NCBI RefSeq assembly: GCF_009914755.1
Contig: NC_060925.1
Source: the human T2T-CHM13v2.0 reference genome, Homo sapiens
Length of the DNA stretch: 64,000 nt
Direction: 5' to 3' (one strand)
Position numbers and translations under genes: made by a program. This document shows, one piece after another, positions 56,561 to 64,000 of this stretch; within the stretch, counting starts at the first letter, position 1; every line of letters starts with the position of its first letter. The notes beneath the pieces are model-generated. The model did not search any database, was not told the DNA's origin, and saw only the letters and a program-made list of their open reading frames with translations.

Positions 56561-56984
56561 CTTCCTAGATTGCAAATGGAGAATAAAAGCACTATAATAT
56601 AAGTGGTGCTCCAAGAGACTGATAGAACAAGGTAGCCCTGCTTGGAAGCCTATTATAATAGTTTCAACACTACTGGAGAGAGGCTCTCCTTACCCCCAAC
56701 ACCAACTAGAGCAATACATGTGGTCACCAAGGGCCAGGCTTCCGGGTGCAGTTAGTGGTGGAGTATAACAAGGATGTTAGTAGCAAGGTCAATGAGGCAG
56801 GGAAAAAGCCAACCAACCAGAAGCAAACAAAAAAAAAACCCAAACCAACACACTAAAGTCATACCAAGACCAGTTCACATCATTGCTTAATACAGGAGTG
56901 ATGCAGAATCAAGTAATTTAAAGACATTTCTGATATGAAGTAGAAAGCATGTCTGTAGTGGCTGCAGAGAAAACCATTTATGGC

Positions 56985-57464
56985 TAAGGCAGATAGAATA
57001 ATGGTCCTCCAAAGATGTCTATGTCCAAATCCCCAGAACGTATGAATATGTTACCGTACATGGTGAAAGGAATTGACAGATGTGGTTAAATTAAGAGTCT
57101 CCAAATAGGAAGATTATTCTGGATTATCTGGATAGATTTAACATAATTACAAAGGTCATTATAAGACAGAGATGTGACAGTGAAAGCAGGGAGCAGGGAG
57201 ATTTGATGATGCTATGCTGCTGACTTTGAAGAAGGAGGAAGGATTTAAGTCAGGTAATGCAAGGAGCTGCTAGAAGCTGAAAAGGCAAGGAAATAAATTA
57301 TCCCCTAGGGCCTCCAGAAGGAACACATCCCGAACACCTTGATTTTAACCCATTGAGACCTGTGTTGTACTTTTGACTCCCATAAGTATAAGAAAATTAA
57401 TTTGTTGTTTCAAGCCATGAAGTTTGTGGTAATTTGTGACAGTAGCAAAACAGGAATCTAATAC
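56985..57464 (+). mobile_element. MLT1D solo LTR
   Basis: AGAATAATGGTCCTCCAAAGATGTC...GAATATGTTACC...GCTGAAAAGGCAAGGAAA...TTTGTGGTAATTTGTGACAG. Confidence 0.85.
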
Positions 57465-58189
57465 CACTGCCAACAGGAAGACTGTGAGAGTCCCTCAGAA
57501 GAAAACTGTTTATGTGGGGGCACAAAAGAGTTAAACAATTATTGAATGTTGAATGAAGGAATAATGGGGAACAAAGGATTAATAACAAGATAAACCCTGT
57601 GCCTGTTTCCTTCAGAGTAGCAGAAGTGAGATGTTGATTCTTTGTTTTACATTCTCCTTCGAATTCTTGACAGAGCATTCATTTGCTGCAGAAATTACTC
57701 AAGTGTATTCCACAATTAGAAAAATTCAAAGGGATGGCTTCCTGTGGGTGTATTTGATGTGTCATAGGAAAGGTTTCCCTGTGTGGCTCAGGCATGGAGC
57801 TTGAAATGACAGCTGCTATGCCTGTGGCTTTCACATGCCAGCATGGAGGTGTTTGAGAAGTAGCATTGATCTCAGAGAATAGCCAGAGAAGGCTTCCCTG
57901 CTTTAGAACTAAGAGGAAACCTGAGGGATGAATAGAAGAAACCACGGCAAGGGCAAGGGTTTGGGTGGAAAGAGTATTACAACAGAGGATGCAGAACACT
58001 CGAGGCTCAGAGCAGAAAAGTGAATTGTGAGGCCCTGCAAGGAAGAACTCTTAGTGTGGCTTGAGGTACTGGGCTTTAAGATGGAGTCAGTGGTGAGTGA
58101 CCAGAGAGTAGCCAGGAGAGTGAAGCAAGTGTTCAAATGTGAAAAGTGGCTGGTCATGGAAGTTTTTATGCTTTAGAAAGCCGGATCTT

Positions 58190-58305
58190 GTGAAACTGTA
58201 AGTTTCATGAAGGCAGTGGCCCTATTGCCCTTATTTACTCCTGGATTCTTAGTGCAGAGTACAGCTTTTGCGACCTAGTAGAGTTCTGTGAATATTAACA
58301 GAAGA
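58190..58305 (+). mobile_element. L2 3' end followed by purine-rich tract
   Basis: CTGTAAGTTTCATGAAGGCAG...CCTAGTAG. Confidence 0.5.
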
Positions 58306-58798
58306 AAAGAAAGGCTGGAAAGAGAAAGAGAGAGGGGTGGAGGAAAGGAATAAAAGGAAGGAGGAATGTAATGGAAAGAAGAAAGAAAGCAGGGAAAGAA
58401 GAAAGGGACAAAGACGGACAGATTCTACCAAATGCAACCCTGAATGAGTGGCAGGTCTGTTAGCTATGTCAGCAGGAAGTACTTGCTGCTTGCTTTTGCC
58501 TCTGCCCTCCTTTTCAAGGGGCCAGTTTTAATAATCTGCTTTGTACAAAGAGTAGTGGATGTAGACAGTTTCTCAGGTTACAGTCCTAGCAAATTCAGTG
58601 GTCTTTGAGGAGATACTAACCTTATTTTTTGATGTTGTACAGCACAAAGGGCAGTGTCTCTGAAAAAGAGTTGATTTACTTCCTCACTCTTCTCCACTTT
58701 GTAATGCTTCAATATTTTCCCTAGTGCTGGTGGGATTAACCATGATGGGCACAAAAGGACAAAACAATAGACAGGACCAGGTAGAGAAGACTCTACAT

Positions 58799-58943
58799 GG
58801 TACACAATAGGATATATAATAGGTACATAATAGGATACATAATAGGTAGGTACATAACAGGAACATAATATGATACATAATAGGTACTTGGTAAATAATA
58901 GGTACATAATAGGATACATAATAGGTACGTTCATAATAGGATC
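58799..58943. repeat. 11-12-bp minisatellite (ATAATAGG[A]TAC)n
   Basis: About 12 degenerate units, e.g. ATAATAGGTACATAATAGGATACATAATAGG. Confidence 0.9.
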
Positions 58944-59249
58944 AGCTGGGATCTCATGCAACCTCTTTCCCAGAATGGGGACAGCATCTAGTTCTGTATA
59001 CCCATCAAGGTAATCTTCAGAATGTCTGGTTATTCCCATCTGTCCCACAGCTGTCCCCAGTATCTTCTTTGAAGGACTTTGATTCATAGTGACACATACT
59101 GCATGACTGGCTGGATTTATGTTTCTGAGACACTTATCCTATTATAATGCCTAGATGAATGAATAAATGTAATGAATAGGATACTAGAAGCAACACTAGA
59201 AATTATATGCTAGAGTTACCATAGTATCTATTAATGTCCTAACAGACTG

Positions 59250-59805
59250 GATTGCTAAAATTCTCTATATTCCCAACAAAATCCTGTTTTTCAGACTGGG
59301 TCCTGGCTGTCCATGGGAGCTCAGCTTGATGCCTGCCTGATAAGTGTTTTTGTATGCCTAAGGCCTTGGGGCATGCTTTACCAGTTTGACCAGAGAGTAA
59401 TGCTAACAATGTGATTTATGGTGAACACCTGTTTTTACTTTGGGGGTCTGGAGTCTGCTTAGGTAAGCTAGTCACGCAGATGTTGCATACTTAACTAACT
59501 AACTTCCAATAAAATCCCTGGACATCAAGACTAGGGTGAGTTACCCTGGTTAGCAACACTTTACATGTATTGTCACTTACCGTTTCATGGAGAGTTATGT
59601 GTATCCATGTGTGACTCTACTGGGAGAAACACCAGGAAGCGTGGACTCAGCTTCTCCCAGACTTTGCCCCATGTTCCCTTTTCCTTTGCTGATTTTAACC
59701 TGAATCCTTCCACCATAGTAAAATGCATCTATAACAGCTTCTGAATCCTGTGAGTCTTCTAATGAATTATCAAGCTAGAGGGTGTTCTTGCAGACCCTTG
59801 ACACA
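59250..59805 (+). mobile_element. MER21/MER68/MER77-group LTR
   Basis: ATGCTAACAATGTGATTTATGGTGAACACC; CCAATAAAATCCCTGGAC; TTTGCTGATTTTAACCTG; ends GACACA. Confidence 0.75.
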
Positions 59806-60631
59806 GTACTTTTATCCAAAACTTAAACATACATTTTAGACAGTCTGCCCTGTCTGTATAGTGCCAACTGTATAGAACTCAGAAAGGAAGAATAATTCTT
59901 CAATCAGAAATATTAAATAACAAATGTATTAGTATTTTTTCTACAATGAATTATGCATCATTACATAGTAAAAATAAAAAATACATTATCTTAATAGCTG
60001 GCACAAGAATTCCTTTTAGGAGAAAGCTATCTAACGAAAAAGACTTGAAAGCCATTTGGGATACAAATGAGTTCAGAGTGAATGGGTAGAAAGGCAACAG
60101 AGAACTTTACTAACTACATTTAAAAAAGTTTGAGAGGAATATGGTCCTGAGAGAAAGGGGAAATGGGAAAGAAATAAAAGTGAGTGAGAAGTCATTAAGA
60201 CACGGAGAATGAGAAAAATCAGTGAGGTGGCATGAGGTTGACACACTCCTTGGAATGAAGTGACCAGGGCAAAATTCATCATAGGAAGAACAAACGAAAA
60301 TTTAAGATGAGTGACGTCTAGTACTCCACTGAAACTGTTGGTTTTATTAAAGTGCAAACCCTTTCTTTGTGTCCTCATATATTCAACAAAATCTACTGTA
60401 CTCAACAGTAAGTGTAACTTTTGCAAATATTGAGGAAGGGGTCTGTTTAGATTGATAAACTTCAAAATAAAGACAGTAGGTAGGGCAATAAAGTCTGTAA
60501 ACTAATCAAATGCAGAGTGGAAGCCTGAGGAACTCCTATTCCTACTCCTCAATAATTTGTAGAAATATTGAATATGGCGGTTGATGTTCAAGTAGCAAAG
60601 AATGGGAAGGGGGTTAAGTTGATCTTATTCT

Positions 60632-61020
60632 TGTTAAAAGAAAAGTTTCAGCTGAATTAAATTTAAAGGAGTTTAGTTGAGCAAGGAACAATTTGCTAAT
60701 TGGGCAGCCCCCAGAATCACAGCTGATTCAGAGAGACTCCAGTGCAGCCACGTAATGGAACAAGATTTCTAGAAAAAAATAAAGGGAAATGATGTACAGA
60801 AATGGGAAGTGAGGTACACAGCTGGATTGGTTACCGGTTGGCGTTTGCCTTATTTGGACATGGTTTGAACAGTTGGCTACATTTGGCCAAAACTCAGTGA
60901 CTGGCAAAGGTGTGGGCTAAAGTCGGCTTACATCTCTACTTGTTATAGTTCATGATACACAGAAAAACCTTTAGGCCGAACTTCTATAACGAGGCAGCCT
61001 CAGGCTAAACTTGATTAACA
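60632..61020 (-). mobile_element. MER57-like ERV1 solo LTR
   Basis: Reverse strand starts TGTTAATCAAGTTTAGCCTGAGGCTGCCTC; AGTTCGGCCTAAAGGTTTTTC; TSD TTCT/TCCT. Confidence 0.75.
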
Positions 61021-61059
61021 TCCTGAAGGGTCAGATAGAACTTAGATTATACTTACTAG

Positions 61060-62490
61060 TGACAGGTGACGGCGTGCTGGCAGCCCTTGCAGCCCTGCCT
61101 CGCTCTGGGCGCCTCCTCTGCCTGGGCGCCCACTTTGGCGGCACTTGAGGAGCTCTTCAGCCCACCGCTGCACTGTTGGAGCCCCTTTCTGGGCTGGCCA
61201 AGGCCGGAGCTGGCTCCCTCAGCTTGCAGGGAGGTGTGGCGGGAGAGGCGCGAGCGGGAACCGGGACTGCGCCGCGGCGCTTGCAGGCCAGCTGGAGTTC
61301 CGGGTGGGCGTGGGCTTGGCGGGCCCCGCACTTGGAGCGGCCGGCCGGCCCCAAGCAATGAGGGGCTTAGCACCAGGGCCAACGGCTGCGGAGGGTGTGC
61401 TGGGTCCCCCAGCAGTGCCGGCCCACCGACGCTGCGCTCGATTTCTCGCGGGACCTTAGCTGCCTTCCCGCGGGGCAGGGCTCGGGACCTGCAGCCCGTC
61501 ATGCCTGAGCCTCCCCCTGCCTCCGTGGGCTCCTGTGCAGCCCAAGCCTCCCGGACGAGCGCCACCCCCTGCTCCACGGCGCTCAGTCCCATCGACCACC
61601 CAAGGGCTGAGGAGTGTGCGCGGCGCGGGACTGGCAGGCAACTCCACCTGCAGCCCCAGTGCGAGATCCACTGGGTGAAGCCAGCTGGGCTCCTGAGTCC
61701 GGTGGGGACTTGGAGAACCTTTATGTCTAGCTAAGGGATTGTAAATACACCAATCGGCACTCTGTATCTAGCTCAAGGTTTGTAAACACACCAATCAGCA
61801 CCCTGTGTCTGGCTCAGGGTTTGTGAATGCAGCAATCGACACTCTGTATCTAGCTACTCTGGTGGGGACTTGGAGAACCTTTGTGTGGACACTCTGTGTC
61901 TAGCTAATCTAGTGGGGACGTGGAGAACCTTTGGGTCTAGCTCAGGGATTGTAAACGCACCAATCAGCGCCCTGTCAAAACAGACCACTGGCTCTCTGTA
62001 AAATGGACCAATCAGCAGGATGTGGGTGGGGGCCAGATAAGAGAATAAAAGCAGGCTGCCCGAGCCTGCAGTGGCAACCCAGTCGGGTCCCCTTCTGCTG
62101 TGTGTGGAGCTTTGTTCTTTCACTCTGCAATAAATGTTGGTGCTGCTCACTCTTTGGGTCCACACTGCCTTTATGAGCTGGTAACACTCATCACGAAGGT
62201 CTGCAGCTTCACTCCTGAAGTCAGCGAGACCACGAACTCACCGGTAAGAAGGAACAACTCCAGACGCGCCGCCTTAAGAGCTGTAACACTCACCGCGAAG
62301 GTCTGCAGCTTCACTCCTGAAGCCAGCGAGACCACAGACCAACCAGAAGGAAGAAACTCTGAACACATCCAAGCATCAGAAGGAACAAACTCCGGACACG
62401 CCACCTTTAAGAACTGTAACACTCACCGCGAGGGTCCACAGCTTCATTTTTGAAGTCAGTGAGACCAAGAACCCACCAATTCCGGACACA
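61060..62490 (+). mobile_element. LTR12C (ERV9) solo LTR, intact
   Basis: TGACAGGTGACGGCGTGCTGGCAG ... CCAATTCCGGACACA; GC-rich U3; CCAAT repeats; U5 repeats; perfect TSD CTAG/CTAG. Confidence 0.95.
61700..62075 (+). promoter_or_regulatory. LTR12C enhancer/promoter: NF-Y CCAAT boxes, GATA site, AATAAAA TATA-equivalent
   Basis: CCAATC at ~61750, 61791, 61960, 62008; AGATAA 62035; AATAAAA 62044; known ERV9 LTR layout. Confidence 0.75.
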
Positions 62491-62629
62491 CTAGGTTGCA
62501 GCTATACCACAAACAACAGACTACACACTGCCTGTGATTAAAGAAGGGGTATTGAAGATTATATATCCTTAATAGCTAACTTCCTTGTCTGAACTCACCA
62601 CGTAAAAGGGGGCAATATATTATTGCATG

Positions 62630-63035
62630 CCACAAGCAGACTAGGCTCCCCAGAAAACAGATTTTGAGACTGAGATTTACTTTCAGAAGTTTTATTAGGG
62701 AGTGCTCTTAGCCATAACAGTGGAGTTGGAGGGGAGGACAAGGAAGGCAGGATTAGGTAGGAGAGTGACTGGGCTGTGGTGGTAACCAAAGCATCGGCAG
62801 ATCCCACAGGATGCTATGAGGCTAGAATGCCCTGAAGAGATGTGCTGAATGGAGGCAAGGGTTCAGGTCTTCGCATCCTCACATAGATCAGTCTCTGGAT
62901 TCAGGCTGCTCCTCGGGAGTATTCTTTGTGCAAATTAGCTTCCTACCAAAGAGCAATCCCTGGGGAGCAACTGGTAGGTAAGCCTCAGAGGGCTGTGAGT
63001 GCCTCCATCTTGAAGAGGGGGATCTGGGCTCAGAG
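62630..63035 (-). mobile_element. LTR16-like ERVL LTR
   Basis: CAGATTTTGAGACTGAGATTTAC...TTTATTAGGGAGTGCTCTT...CAGATCCCACAGG...GGGGGATCTGGGC. Confidence 0.7.
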
Positions 63036-63169
63036 TTCGGCAAACCTGTGAGTACTTTCTCTGTACCAGTAACAGCTGTTGCTGAGACTAAAGAGTTGCA
63101 CTGTGCTGCATGCTGTAAGGGTGCTCACAGTCCAATAGGGGGAGAGAGATGTGTAGAAACAAAGAGAAA

Positions 63170-63640
63170 ATAAAGCAGCAGTGTAATTCACAACAGACAA
63201 AACCTGGATGGCAAAAATGTCCACCAACTGGAGAATATTTAAACAAAATATGGTACATCCATGCAATGGAATACTACTCATCAATTAAAAGAAAGAAGTA
63301 CTGAAATATGTACAGCTGAGATGAGCTTCAAAAACATGCTCAGTGGAAGAAACCAGATGTAGAGCACATATCATATATATGATTCCGTTTATGTAAAATG
63401 TTCAGAGAAGGTAAATCTTATGGAAACAGGAGGTTAGTGCTTGCATAGGGTTGGGGGTGGGAATGAGGAAGGACTATATATGAACATGAAATTTCTTGAG
63501 TGATGGACATGTTTTAAAATTAGATTGTGATGATAGTTGTAAAATTCTTGTAAATATACTAAAAGTTAATTGAATTGTATACTTAAAACAGGTGACTTTA
63601 CATTATATAAATTATTCCTCATTAAAGCTGTTAAAAAATG
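63170..63640 (+). mobile_element. L1MB/L1ME 3' end
   Basis: ATGGAATACTACTCA...TATGATTCCGTTTATG...AAAATTAGATTGTGATGATAGTTG...TTAAAGCTGTTAAAAAA. Confidence 0.8.
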
Positions 63641-64000
63641 AGAGTGATTTTAAAATATATGGGCGAGACACAGTTAGACTGGAGTGAGGGATATAGCTAA
63701 AGATGAAAGAATGAAGTCCTCCTGATAAAAGTTTTTGAGGAGCAATATTTGTTTTCAATATAGAGAGGCCTGGAAGAGGAAATAGTATCTGCAAAAGTAT
63801 AAAGGAAGATGTAGTGCAGGAAATGCTTAGAATGTCTTTGAGTGTGAGGGCTAGAAGGGATGAAGAGCAGCTGGCATGTGATTAGCACTTGGAAGCCACT
63901 TCATAAAGCATATTTTATGTCATGGGAAGAAGGCTGAAATTTCTCCTTTTCAGGCCTTTGTGCAACCCTGTTTCTATACCTGAATGCTCTTTCCCTGTTT

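Noticed and set aside
58578-59087. 169-aa minus-strand ORF
   Set aside because: Centre is a minisatellite; no domain or exon support
61056-61734. Long overlapping ORFs (222 aa +, 178 aa -)
   Set aside because: Stop-poor GC-rich LTR12C U3; no recognisable domain
61700-62470. Spaced direct repeats resembling a CRISPR array
   Set aside because: Normal ERV9/LTR12 U3 and U5 repeats in a primate genome; no unique spacers or cas genes
61060-62490. Identifying this LTR12C with a published exapted copy (e.g. at TP63 or GBP genes)
   Set aside because: No exon or landmark in the window identifies the locus

Overview
Primate, very probably human, AT-rich non-coding DNA with no supportable protein-coding exon, RNA gene or CRISPR array. 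It is a layered record of transposable elements. LINEs: a full-length L1PB (1509-9703, 16-bp TSD) nested in an older L1M, an internally deleted L1MA (29222-34030), other L1 3' ends, and L2 and CR1 relics. SINEs: seven Alus and many MIRs. LTR elements: a full-length THE1 provirus (23203-25517), many MaLR/ERV solo LTRs, and a CpG-rich LTR12C (61060-62490, CTAG TSD). DNA transposons: near-full-length copies of both human mariners (Hsmar1 15373-16630, Hsmar2 45765-47057). The ORFs in the track that I could assign are decayed TE remnants or repeat artefacts; the rest look like chance ORFs. I found no new gene system. The best signals are: (1) an 82-bp segment of nearby flanking DNA copied into the L1PB 5'UTR; (2) an inverted duplication at the L1PB 3' end beside a ~350-bp (TA)n tract, with a perfect 22-bp palindrome at the junction; (3) a candidate gained splice donor in the LTR12C that could make it a first exon; (4) nested insertions landing exactly on earlier element boundaries. 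Subfamily names come from recalled consensus sequences and need RepeatMasker/Dfam confirmation.
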